Assembly (NCBI GenBank): GCA_036478295.1
Contig: JAZGDW010000303.1
Span: 1-38,359, forward strand
Source of the DNA: Candidatus Krumholzibacteriia bacterium
GTDB taxonomy: Bacteria; Krumholzibacteriota; Krumholzibacteriia; WVZY01
Length of the DNA stretch: 38,359 nt
Direction of reading: 5' to 3'
In this document: in pieces, positions 27,387 through 36,285 of the stretch
Numbering within the stretch: the stretch's first letter is position 1
Layout: each line of letters opens with the position of its first letter
Notes under the pieces: generated by a model
What the model saw: the letters and a program-made list of their open reading frames with translations, nothing else
Databases searched by the model: none
Told to the model about the DNA's origin: nothing
Translations under genes and position numbers: made by a program

Positions 27387-30035
27387 ATGAAACGTGTCCT
27401 TCCGCTAGCATGTGTGCTGTTGTTCACTGGCCTTCTGACGTCAAGAGCTCCCGCCCCGGCCACCGGTCGAGAGCATTCGAAAAATCAGGAGGGCGGCTTC
27501 CCTGCCGCCGTAACGGACTCCCTTTACGACGCCCACCATCCCCGCCTTCTCTTCAATCGAACCGAGCTTCCGGCTCTGCACCAAAAGGTGCGGGACGGCG
27601 GTGCGGACGCCGCCGCTTACGGCTTCATCCGCCACCTGGTGGATTCTGTCTACCCGACCAGGACCGAGCTCGAACTGCTGGACCCCACGTTTGGCATCGA
27701 CTTGCCACTGAAACTGGGGCTCGCCGCCTACCTGGAAACGCCTGTGGACAAGGCAGCTCTCGCTCTTGGCCGCCACATGACGCTCTTTATCGCGGACAAC
27801 TTTGAGCCGGACGACGACGTTTTCTTTTCATCCATCCGCTTGCTGGAGCTGGTTTTTGGTTACGACATGTTTTTTGGTGACGGCCCGCAAGCGGAGAGAA
27901 CGTATATCCGCCGAGAGCTTATCGCGTATATCGATACGATGATGACCGTTTTTAATTATGAACGTTGGCTCCACCCACCCTACGTGAGCAACAAGACCGC
28001 CATGGTCGGGTCCGCGCTTGGACTCGCCGCTATCTGTCTGCAGCACGAGATAAGTCCTGACCGCGTCGACGCCGTGATCGCGCGGGCGGACCGGTTCGTA
28101 GATGCCTGGAGCCTGGCCCATCTGGATCCGCAAGGGGCATACGACGAGGGCGTCATGTATGCCGGATGGAGTATGCGGCACCTCGCCTACTATTTCTGGG
28201 CACGCAAGCGTTATTACGATCACTACGACTATTCTGACCAGCGCGACATTCGAAGCATGGAGAAGTGGATTGCTTACGAAGTGTTGCCGCTGGGCGGGGC
28301 CAGGGTTAATAATATAAACGAAGCAGCCGGCCTCAACTTCCCCCTTTCTCGGCATCATACCTACCTGGACTGGGCACAGCACGAATGGGGCAGCACTCTG
28401 TCTGCCTGGCTCTGGGATCGCCTCGTGGGACCGGTCTATGGATACGAGTGGGGCGAGGATGCGGACAAAACCGCCACGGTGCTCTGGAATGGGAACCTTG
28501 CTCCGCAACAGCCGGACGACCTGCTTGCCAAACACGCTCTGTGGGAACATCGCGGGCTCTACTACTATCGCACAGGCTGGCAGCGGGACGCGAGCTCGGA
28601 TGACATGGTGTTCAGCTTTTACTCCGGCAAGTTTCAAGGCGGCCACGCCCACGAGGACCAGAACAACTTCACGCTCTATGGCTATGGAGAGGCTTTCGCC
28701 GTCGACAACGGTTACACCCGGCCGGCGCGGCAGAGCGAAGCCCATAACATGGTTTTTGTCGACGGAAAGGGCCAACATAACGCAGGGGGCTCGATCGGCA
28801 CGGACGGCAAGATCGTCGAATACCTCTTGAGCGACTTTGCCGATTACGTATTCGGTGACGCAACCGCAGCGTATAACACATACAGCGAGTTCAACGAGAC
28901 GGGGCACCCGTTTCCCGACGATGACTGGTCGTTGGGCTTCGACGGCGGCAACCCCGTGAACTTCGCCCGTCGGCGTGTTCTTGTCGTGCACGGTGAGCCG
29001 ATACCGCCCTATGTCATCATGCTCGACGATATCGAAAAGGACGGAGACACGCATACCTACCAGTGGCGCATGCACACGGTCGAGACCAACACGATAGATG
29101 TGTCACAGAACCCGATCCGCATACTTGGAGAGCGTGGGTTTCTGGATTTACACGTGCTGACCCCTCCCTTCGAGTCGCTGGGCGTAGATCGTATCGATTT
29201 CGATAACCAGAACGAGGACCCGAATACTATTATTCTCTCCCTTTCCCTGGAGGCGATAACCGCACATTTTGCCCTCTTGATGTTGCCGGCGAACGAGTTG
29301 ACCCAGCAACCGAAAGTAACGGGTGAGGATTTCCCCTGGGGACGGGTGCTGCACCTGTCGTGGAGTGCAGGTGCCCATGATCTTTTTCTCGTGAATCGGA
29401 GCGAGGGGAAGGTGGATTATGTGCTCCGGGGCGAGAACGGCACCGGTATTCCCCTCACGACCGACGCGCGTCTCTTGCTGGTTCGGATGAGCGACCGGCG
29501 AATAACAGGCTATCTGTTATCCGGGGGGAGTGAGTTCGATTTTGCGGGTGTTCCGCATGTTCGAGTGATGGACAGCACACTGAACGTCGGTAGATCCGGA
29601 ACGACTTTCGACATCGACGATCCCGATGCAGAGTTTTCCTTTTATGCCCCGGACGGTGGAGCGGTCCGCTATCGGGATAACACCGTCCGCGTCCTGAATG
29701 ACGGCGGATTCATCAAGCCCGACCTCCCGTTGGATGGAACACGACCGCCGCAAGCCACGGGCGCGTTGAACCTCTCGGCGTATCCAAATCCCTTCAACCC
29801 GGCAACCAATCTCCTGGTGGACATCCAGAAACGTGGCCGCGTGACCGTTGCGGTCTTTGACGTTCAGGGCAGGCTGGTGGCAACGGTGTGGAACCGTGTT
29901 CTACCGAAGGGGAGAAATCTTCTCAGGTGGGACGGTACCAATGCGGACGGTCGACCGGTCGCAACGGGGATCTATTTCGTGCGGGCGGCCGGCGCCGGCG
30001 TCGCGCGAACCCTCAAGGTCATCCTGCTCAAGTGA
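27387..30035 (+). CDS. Secreted heparinase II/III-like polysaccharide lyase with a C-terminal FlgD-Ig/T9SS-type sorting domain
   Basis: Signal peptide, HPRLLF, EGVMY, GHAHEDQNNF, SEAHNMVFVDG; C-terminal AYPNPFNP...VFDVQGRLV...WDG...VATGIYFVR. Confidence 0.82.
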   Translation: MKRVLPLACVLLFTGLLTSRAPAPATGREHSKNQEGGFPAAVTDSLYDAHHPRLLFNRTELPALHQKVRDGGADAAAYGFIRHLVDSVYPTRTELELLDPTFGIDLPLKLGLAAYLETPVDKAALALGRHMTLFIADNFEPDDDVFFSSIRLLELVFGYDMFFGDGPQAERTYIRRELIAYIDTMMTVFNYERWLHPPYVSNKTAMVGSALGLAAICLQHEISPDRVDAVIARADRFVDAWSLAHLDPQGAYDEGVMYAGWSMRHLAYYFWARKRYYDHYDYSDQRDIRSMEKWIAYEVLPLGGARVNNINEAAGLNFPLSRHHTYLDWAQHEWGSTLSAWLWDRLVGPVYGYEWGEDADKTATVLWNGNLAPQQPDDLLAKHALWEHRGLYYYRTGWQRDASSDDMVFSFYSGKFQGGHAHEDQNNFTLYGYGEAFAVDNGYTRPARQSEAHNMVFVDGKGQHNAGGSIGTDGKIVEYLLSDFADYVFGDATAAYNTYSEFNETGHPFPDDDWSLGFDGGNPVNFARRRVLVVHGEPIPPYVIMLDDIEKDGDTHTYQWRMHTVETNTIDVSQNPIRILGERGFLDLHVLTPPFESLGVDRIDFDNQNEDPNTIILSLSLEAITAHFALLMLPANELTQQPKVTGEDFPWGRVLHLSWSAGAHDLFLVNRSEGKVDYVLRGENGTGIPLTTDARLLLVRMSDRRITGYLLSGGSEFDFAGVPHVRVMDSTLNVGRSGTTFDIDDPDAEFSFYAPDGGAVRYRDNTVRVLNDGGFIKPDLPLDGTRPPQATGALNLSAYPNPFNPATNLLVDIQKRGRVTVAVFDVQGRLVATVWNRVLPKGRNLLRWDGTNADGRPVATGIYFVRAAGAGVARTLKVILLK

Positions 30036-30167
30036 GTTCCTCTCCGATGTCCCCAACGGTGGATCACAAGAGGCAACTTCGCGGGGACAAGAGGATGGCC
30101 TCCCGAAGGAGGCCATCCCGGTGCTACTACGAACGGTCGGTCGGCACGTGGTACCCTCCGGCCGATC

Positions 30168-30554
30168 CTACGGTTGCACGGGGCACTTGAAGTCGTTACC
30201 GGGGATGCGTTGGACGGCTACATCGCCGGCGCTTTGCGCGGCCAGCACCGCAACCTCTGAAGTCAACAGGTACGGTGAGGTGCTCCACGTCACGGCGTGA
30301 AACGCCCACAGTCCCCCATGGTACCCCGGTGCCCCGGGAGCCACGGCCACCACGGCCACCACGGCCAACTGCCCGGACACGCCGCCCGTGATGCCGTACA
30401 GATTGTCAACTCCTGCTTGCGGAGTCGCCGCCGGTGGAATTACGGTACGAACCACGGTACCGTTATAATAGAGCTCGCCAAAGATCGGTTGCCCCACGGC
30501 GACTGCGGCCGCCAGCGCGAGTAGCGTCGTTCCTAATACAAGCATCCGTTTCAT
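30168..30554 (-). CDS. Small secreted protein (PGxPGY..LW..V.W...LLTSE...CPV domain, DUF7482-like)
   Basis: Signal peptide MKRMLVLGTTLLALAAAVAVG; RBS AAAGGAGA 6 nt before the ATG at 30554; divergent from the ECF sigma. Confidence 0.65.
   Translation of the reverse strand: MKRMLVLGTTLLALAAAVAVGQPIFGELYYNGTVVRTVIPPAATPQAGVDNLYGITGGVSGQLAVVAVVAVAPGAPGYHGGLWAFHAVTWSTSPYLLTSEVAVLAAQSAGDVAVQRIPGNDFKCPVQP
30341..30367. repeat. 9-bp tandem repeat (CCACGGCCA x3), in frame
   Basis: Encodes AVVAVVAV on the minus strand. Confidence 0.7.
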
Positions 30555-30638
30555 GCCCATTCTCCTTTGGGTTGGGTGACAAAAGCTGATATGCTCGGTC
30601 GGTACCGCGTGATGCTGGATCCGACCTTTCGGCAATGA

Positions 30639-30711
30639 ATACGCACGGCCGCCAGTCGTGTGACGCGATTTCTTTCGTTTTTTGGACACAGCGAGTTCTC
30701 GCGATGCGTAT
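30639..30711. promoter_or_regulatory. Divergent pair of ECF-type promoters
   Basis: Plus strand GACACA-N14-TGCGTAT (30685-30711); minus strand GTCACA-N13-TGCGTAT (30664-30639). Confidence 0.5.
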
Positions 30712-30730
30712 ACAACTAAGGAGCTAGAGC

Positions 30731-31333
30731 GTGCCCGGCCCCGAGCATACGGAAGCTATTCAAAGAGCGAGTACCCCGGGTGACACATGGGAGGACCGCG
30801 CCCTGCTCGAGGGCGTGCAACGTCGCGACCCGGACGCCCTGGGACGCTTTTTCGATGTAGCGTTTCCGTACGTGTACAGCGTCGCGTTCAGGTTCATGGG
30901 CAACCACGAGACCGCCGAGGATGTGGCTCAGGACGTGTTCTTAAAAGTCTATAACGCCGCCGACCGCCTCGACGTTACCCGCCATCCCAAGCCGTGGCTG
31001 ACAACGATCACCTACAACGCGTGCCGGGATGCCGCGCGGCGCGTTGGCGCTCGGCCCGAAGATGCGGTTGACGCCACGGCGATCGATGAACGACACGCCA
31101 CGCCGGGGACGCCGGAAGACGTCCTTATGCGCAAGGAACAGGCGCGGCTCATCGAGCGAGCGCTGCGCGATCTCGACGAGGATGCGCGCGCTATCGTCAT
31201 ACTACATAACTACTGCGGCTGTTCACATGAAGAGATCGCCCATATTATTGGTGCGAGCCATGCTGCAGTGCGCAAACGGTACTCCCGCGCACTCCAGAGA
31301 ATGGCTGTGTTTTTAAGAGGATTGGAGAGATGA
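30731..31333 (+). CDS. ECF (sigma-70 group 4) RNA polymerase sigma factor
   Basis: AEDVAQDVFLKVY, WLTTITYNACRD, SHEEIAHIIG...VRKRYSRA; RBS AAGGAG. Confidence 0.92.
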   Translation: MPGPEHTEAIQRASTPGDTWEDRALLEGVQRRDPDALGRFFDVAFPYVYSVAFRFMGNHETAEDVAQDVFLKVYNAADRLDVTRHPKPWLTTITYNACRDAARRVGARPEDAVDATAIDERHATPGTPEDVLMRKEQARLIERALRDLDEDARAIVILHNYCGCSHEEIAHIIGASHAAVRKRYSRALQRMAVFLRGLER

Positions 31334-32139
31334 CGGACCACCCAGGAAAAAGCCCGGACGAGCAAGAGCTCGCGAAGCGGGTTCAGGACCTGCCCGATGT
31401 GGCTTCCGACGATGCCTTTCGTGAGGACCTGCGTTCCAGGTTTGTCCACGGCGGACTCGAAAGCCCCGCGGCAGAGACGGGTACCTACGACCCGGAGGCG
31501 GGACGCCGGTGGTGGCAATGGGCGGTGCCGGTCGTCGGCGTGGCGGCTGCCGCGATCGCGGCCATTATCCTGCTAAACGGCGGCCCCGCAATGCACGTGC
31601 TCGACGTGGCCGATGGCAGCGCCGTACGCATCGACGGAGCCCCGGCGATCCTGCACACGGGGCAAGTGCTGCGCGCCGGCGCCGAGATTGAGGTGCCGGA
31701 GGGCGAACGGGTGGATCTTGTCGCCCGGGGGGTGGTGCTCTACGAGGTGACCGGGGGGACGCGTATGACCCTCCCTGCAACGCCGGGCCGGTGGTTCAAT
31801 CGTACCGTGGTGTGCAGTGTGTTTGTTGGTGAGCTTCGCCTGAAGACCGGCGTACGTTTTGCGGGCAGCGAACTGCGGGTGTACACACCCGACGGGATCG
31901 TCGAAGTGACGGGCACGCTGCTTTCCATTCAATGCGACGCTGAGGGAACCTGCGTCTGCGTGCTGGAAGGCACGGCCCGCGTCGGCGTCAACGATGACGA
32001 CCTCGAACCGGTAACACCCGGGAACCGAAAGATCATGCTGCGAGACGGGACGGTGAAAATCATTCCGGTAAAACCGATGCATCGCGACGGCGTTCTCGAG
32101 TTCAACGAGCGCGTCGGCAACCGGCTCGGCGATCGATGA
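31330..32139 (+). CDS. Membrane anti-sigma factor with a periplasmic FecR-like domain
   Basis: Coupled to the sigma gene (ATGA); N-terminal AFREDLR, single TM, VYTPDGIVEVTGT...VCVLEG. Confidence 0.8.
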   Translation: MTDHPGKSPDEQELAKRVQDLPDVASDDAFREDLRSRFVHGGLESPAAETGTYDPEAGRRWWQWAVPVVGVAAAAIAAIILLNGGPAMHVLDVADGSAVRIDGAPAILHTGQVLRAGAEIEVPEGERVDLVARGVVLYEVTGGTRMTLPATPGRWFNRTVVCSVFVGELRLKTGVRFAGSELRVYTPDGIVEVTGTLLSIQCDAEGTCVCVLEGTARVGVNDDDLEPVTPGNRKIMLRDGTVKIIPVKPMHRDGVLEFNERVGNRLGDR

Positions 32140-32175
32140 CCGAGCCCCCCTCCGGCTCGTTCCTTTCCAGGGTAC

Positions 32176-33684
32176 CTACTCCGCCTGACGGGCCCGCATT
32201 TCCTCGATAGTGTAACAATGGCCACGGTAGTCGAAGAAAAAAACCGCTGAGCGCACAGGATATTCCGGAAGGCTTTCCTTGTCGGCATGAAACTGCACTT
32301 TTAGTTTTGGAGCCGAGAAAAACAGTTTGAAGGCGTCTCCGTCACTCACGGCGGCAATGACGTTCTGCACGTACCAGCTCGTATCCCCTGGGTACACCAT
32401 AACCAGGTTGCCATCCTTGTAGATGTCCGCCTTGTTGCGCATCAGATCGTCGTAGGCGTTCCTGGCGATGCTCGCACGCCGAAACACCACGTTCCTCGGC
32501 AATTTCCTGTCGAGTCCTATGGTGTTGGTCTCGTTGATCCGAACTTTCGTATAGGAGATGATTGCCAGCATGACGACGATCGTCGCCACGGAAACACGCA
32601 CAAACCGGGGTCCGGCCCGAGACACAACCGAATACAGATCCTCGATTACCGGTGCTACCAGATACAGCATGCCGAACGCCGGCACATAGTTGTGAGTGAA
32701 CGCCTTGTGTCCTTGTAGAAAGAGAACGGGAAGAAGGGCCATGATATAGAATGAAAGACCGAGAATCACAACGTTTCTCCGTCCACGCGCGATGTTGTAA
32801 ATGATGATCAGCAGGATGAGAAAATGAACCGCTGTAACTCCCGTAGAATACGTCGCGAACCTGAAGGGCATCTCGATCGATACATTAAACATCCATTCCA
32901 GGTACGTAAGAATGTTTGACAGCACATTCCAGCCGATCGCAAAGTCGTATGGGCCCGCCTTCGGAATACCTCGCCGAAAGAATATAAATAGCAGATAAAC
33001 CACCATAATTGCCAAAAGCGGCCACGTAGGTTTCAACGCCCGCCCGATGCGTTCTTTGAACGGTTGGGCTTTACCCCGCAGAAAGAAAAAGAGCCCCAGA
33101 AACAGCGGCACAGCAAACGTTTGCTCCATAGCTGACAGGGCAAGTACGTAGGCCACTGTCGCGGCCACTGTGAAAAACAGCCGCCTCCGTCCCTGTGCGC
33201 GCACGGCAAGATGGAGCGTAATCAATGCCAGCAGCTCCGATAAGAGCTGCTGTATGCATGAGACCCAAGAGATAACGTTCAGAAAGCCAACGTGCAGGGC
33301 GAACACCAGGGTCACGATGAGCGCAGGCACCTGACTGATTTTTAGCCGCCTGAGCAAGAAATAGATCAACACGCAGTTCATGAAATGCAGAAGCAGAGAA
33401 ACGATATGATACGGCAGTGGATTGAGCCCGAACAGTGGGTACATCAGTCGAAAGTAGAGGTACTTGGTAAGCGGTCGAAACTGCCCCGGCGCGGTCCCGA
33501 ACGTAATCGCCATCGATGATTTGAGCGAAAAGTTCGCCTCGTACATGAGGCCGAAATCATCCTGGGCAAAAAAATAACCCGTCGTAGGCAGGAAGCAAAT
33601 CACTATGAGGGCCGCTATACCGGCGAGCATCAGGGCGATAGACAGATTGCTGAGAGGCGTTTGTTTTGTGGTTTCGTTTGCCAT
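32176..33684 (-). CDS. GT-C fold membrane glycosyltransferase, paralog B
   Basis: FFAQDDF, FRPLTKY, SCIQQL and EQTFA are shared with 23687..25195. Confidence 0.7.
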   Translation of the reverse strand: MANETTKQTPLSNLSIALMLAGIAALIVICFLPTTGYFFAQDDFGLMYEANFSLKSSMAITFGTAPGQFRPLTKYLYFRLMYPLFGLNPLPYHIVSLLLHFMNCVLIYFLLRRLKISQVPALIVTLVFALHVGFLNVISWVSCIQQLLSELLALITLHLAVRAQGRRRLFFTVAATVAYVLALSAMEQTFAVPLFLGLFFFLRGKAQPFKERIGRALKPTWPLLAIMVVYLLFIFFRRGIPKAGPYDFAIGWNVLSNILTYLEWMFNVSIEMPFRFATYSTGVTAVHFLILLIIIYNIARGRRNVVILGLSFYIMALLPVLFLQGHKAFTHNYVPAFGMLYLVAPVIEDLYSVVSRAGPRFVRVSVATIVVMLAIISYTKVRINETNTIGLDRKLPRNVVFRRASIARNAYDDLMRNKADIYKDGNLVMVYPGDTSWYVQNVIAAVSDGDAFKLFFSAPKLKVQFHADKESLPEYPVRSAVFFFDYRGHCYTIEEMRARQAE

Positions 33685-33903
33685 GTTGGGAGACGCGGTT
33701 CCGCGACCCGGCTGCGTCGTGTCTGGTGGATCCCCTTTGTTCGACTCCGGGTCTAAACGCGCTCGCAGTGGCCGATGTTACCCAAGAACCATCGGCACAG
33801 TCCAGAGCTGATTTCATGAGGAAAAGCGCCGACCGACTGGAACACACAGGCGCTCGATATTCATGGCGCCCCCGAGACAAAAATCGTGCGAACATTCGTG
33901 GGG

Positions 33904-33932
33904 TTGACAAACTCTTTTGTATCGCTTACAGT
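33904..33932 (+). promoter_or_regulatory. Sigma-70 promoter of the LysM gene
   Basis: TTGACA-N17-TACAGT. Confidence 0.55.
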
Positions 33933-34047
33933 TACAAGCTAGAGATCCCGCAGTTTTCGATCGGCCGACTCACCGCCGCCTCGGACCAACGAGGCGTTGC
34001 CCGTCAGTGGATACCCGGCCACAATCGGAAAGTAAGGAAGAGACCAC

Positions 34048-34719
34048 GTGAGCCCACCACAGAAGAGAAGGAAACACTCGACCTACTACGAGAGCCTGCC
34101 CGTTCCTCTCAAGGAACGCTTGCGCGTTCCGAAAGGCTTGCCCCCATGGCTTAAGAAGCTACAGAAGAGGCGCGTCGGTTCTGCCAAGCTTGACCGGATA
34201 CTGGAAGGCATTTTTGACCAGGAACTCGAGCGTATCGAAGCCGAAGTGGTCAAGGACCTCGAGCAGGCCATCAAGAAGGCCGAGACCAAGTGTCTCGAGA
34301 GGCCGATTCAGCATGTAAATGAACTCTTGGAAGGGGCCCAAAAGCTTGACGCTCTACCCGGCGGGTTCCGTCCTCTAGCCCAGGCCGCCATTGAGACGGC
34401 TAAAATGATTCTTTATAAAATGGAGACCGACGCGGAGAGCAAATTTCGTGCGCACCCCAGCTCAGAAAACTACAAAGAGGTGTGGCGTGCAATAAAATAC
34501 GCGGATGTTTTGGGTGTCGATGATGCGCCCACCCCACCGCTTCCTTATTACCTCAGACGCAGTTACATAATCCGGGGCGGCGATACGTTATCAAAACTGG
34601 CGGAGAGGTACTACGGAAAAGCCAACCTGTGGGACTACATTTACGAAGACAAGCGTAACGACCACGTTGTAGGACACCCAGACCGGATTTATCCCGGCAC
34701 GCGGATTTTCCTTCCCTAA
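34048..34719 (+). CDS. Protein with a helical N-terminus and a C-terminal LysM domain
   Basis: YIIRGGDTLSKLAERYYG...W..IY...PDRIYPGTRIFLP; no signal peptide. Confidence 0.8.
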   Translation: MSPPQKRRKHSTYYESLPVPLKERLRVPKGLPPWLKKLQKRRVGSAKLDRILEGIFDQELERIEAEVVKDLEQAIKKAETKCLERPIQHVNELLEGAQKLDALPGGFRPLAQAAIETAKMILYKMETDAESKFRAHPSSENYKEVWRAIKYADVLGVDDAPTPPLPYYLRRSYIIRGGDTLSKLAERYYGKANLWDYIYEDKRNDHVVGHPDRIYPGTRIFLP

Positions 34720-34939
34720 TTGCACTAGAACCCCGAAGGGGTCTATTTCGCCTCGGGAAAGTTTGGGCTCCTGTCCCCCCATCCTCTCGATAGACGGGCC
34801 CTGTCAATTCGCGTCTCGCAGGGCCGTCACCCTCGGGAGATGTGTCAATCGTCTACCCAGCTTTTGTAGCTTGAAATCATCCTGCGTGCACTACTTGAAC
34901 TTCTGAATGCGGTGATTACTCCTATCCACCATGTAGACA

Positions 34940-35278
34940 TTGCCGCTGCTGGAAAACCTATCATCAGCCCGGGGGATGTTGGAAATGGGCGCCGGTGACA
35001 TCCGATCGCGGTTGTCTGAAGCAGCATCAACGGCCCTTGCTCCTGTGACACCTGATTACTTTCCAGAGGAGCTCCGCCAGGATTTTGAATGGATTATGCA
35101 GAAGCTAACGAAGCACAAACCTGTGCGTGCGATCATTAGCAACAAACTAATTTTGGGCTCAATAGAAATGTCCACGCGTGCCATAAAGAATAAGACCGGT
35201 GTCAAAATCGCGCATCGGCTCGTGTCTTTGACGGAACGCCTCAAGCAGATCGTGGACGAAGCGAACGCAGACCTATGA
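34940..35278 (+). CDS. Hypothetical protein (start uncertain, possibly 5'-degraded)
   Basis: Protein-like helical sequence GDIRSRL...FPEELRQDFEWIMQKLT; TTG start with no clear RBS, preceded by an in-frame ATG TAG. Confidence 0.5.
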   Translation: MPLLENLSSARGMLEMGAGDIRSRLSEAASTALAPVTPDYFPEELRQDFEWIMQKLTKHKPVRAIISNKLILGSIEMSTRAIKNKTGVKIAHRLVSLTERLKQIVDEANADL

Positions 35279-35319
35279 CCGAAACGTGAAGGATTGACAG
35301 TTAAAGATGGAGAGTGCCG

Positions 35320-36000
35320 CTATTGATAGAGCGCCTTGACTTGGCCCCAGGTGGTTGGCTCGACCGGATCTTCCCAAGAGCGGGTTTTCAACTTGCCCTC
35401 AATATAAACCTTCCCCCGCTTTCTCAAGAGCGGGGGCATCTCTTCGACGCGGATGTTGTCAAAAAACGCGTCCCCTGGAACTCCGTGTGCTCCATCCCAG
35501 TCTTCGAACATCACGCGAATTGTGGTGTTGCTGGGAAGGAAGTCGAGGAATCCGAACGCAATAGCGTATGTATGCCAGGCCCCATCGTCTATAAGCTCGA
35601 CCGTCGCGCCACTGGACAGAATCGTGCCGGCTAACCAGCGTCCCATTGTCACATGCTCGTCTTGGGACCACCCCGCAAATCCTCCGAGGTTTCCAGGGAC
35701 GCTGCCTACCATCGGAAGACCAAGGTAGTCGAAGTGGAGAACGTAAATCTCACCTCGGATTACTCGAAACTCGTAGCTAAAAATATCTCCAAACCCGGTG
35801 AGCTCTCGAAACGCCACAACTTGGTTCGACGGGTCGAGGGGGTCTAACACAATTACGCCACTGTGCGCTCCCCCATATTTCCCGATCCATTGCGAGAGAT
35901 CCGATTCGAAATCCTCACTGAAAAGGACCCTCTGGGCGTTTATGACGAGCGGTCCCAGAAGGATCGTCAGGATGGCACCAATCAGCGTCTTGAAAAGCAT
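35320..36000 (-). CDS. Secreted beta-sandwich/carbohydrate-binding-like protein with a VEPTTWGQVKALY C-terminal tail and an inserted SSB-like segment
   Basis: RBS GGAGGAGG before the ATG at 36000, signal peptide, LFSEDFES...W and FFDNIRV ends; extended -10 TGGTATAAT at 36053-36061. Confidence 0.75.
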   Translation of the reverse strand: MLFKTLIGAILTILLGPLVINAQRVLFSEDFESDLSQWIGKYGGAHSGVIVLDPLDPSNQVVAFRELTGFGDIFSYEFRVIRGEIYVLHFDYLGLPMVGSVPGNLGGFAGWSQDEHVTMGRWLAGTILSSGATVELIDDGAWHTYAIAFGFLDFLPSNTTIRVMFEDWDGAHGVPGDAFFDNIRVEEMPPLLRKRGKVYIEGKLKTRSWEDPVEPTTWGQVKALYQ

Positions 36001-36106
36001 CTGCTGCCTCCTCCAGGAACTCGACATCATGGTACCTCGGGGACTTGGAGAGATTATACCACAAAACGTGCTGCACACCCCTGAAAGAAACGTAAATGGG
36101 TCTGGG

Positions 36107-36136
36107 GGCGTCCCCAAAGGGATTTGGACCCCTGTT
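36107..36136 (-). pseudogene. Decayed 3' fragment of tRNA-Glu (old att scar)
   Basis: GGCGTCCCCAAAGGGATTTGGACCCCTGTT versus the reverse complement of canonical bacterial tRNA-Glu, GGCGTCCCCTAGGGGATTCGAACCCCTGTT (4 mismatches in 30). Confidence 0.55.
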
Positions 36137-36285
36137 CTCTGTGCGGAATGAAAAACCGTTCAACGGACTCACGAACACGCAGAAGGGATGTGCACCCGAG
36201 ACGAAATTGCACGAATTTTTGTGGCCGCCATCGCAGCATAATTCCAATTTCCGGTCTAGTACGCTCGGGGACGCCGTTAGCGGAG

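Noticed and set aside
33740..33790. c-di-GMP-I riboswitch-like fragment (CCGGGTCTAA...GTTACC)
   Set aside because: Lacks the GGCAAAC/GNRA P2 and GCAAAGC elements
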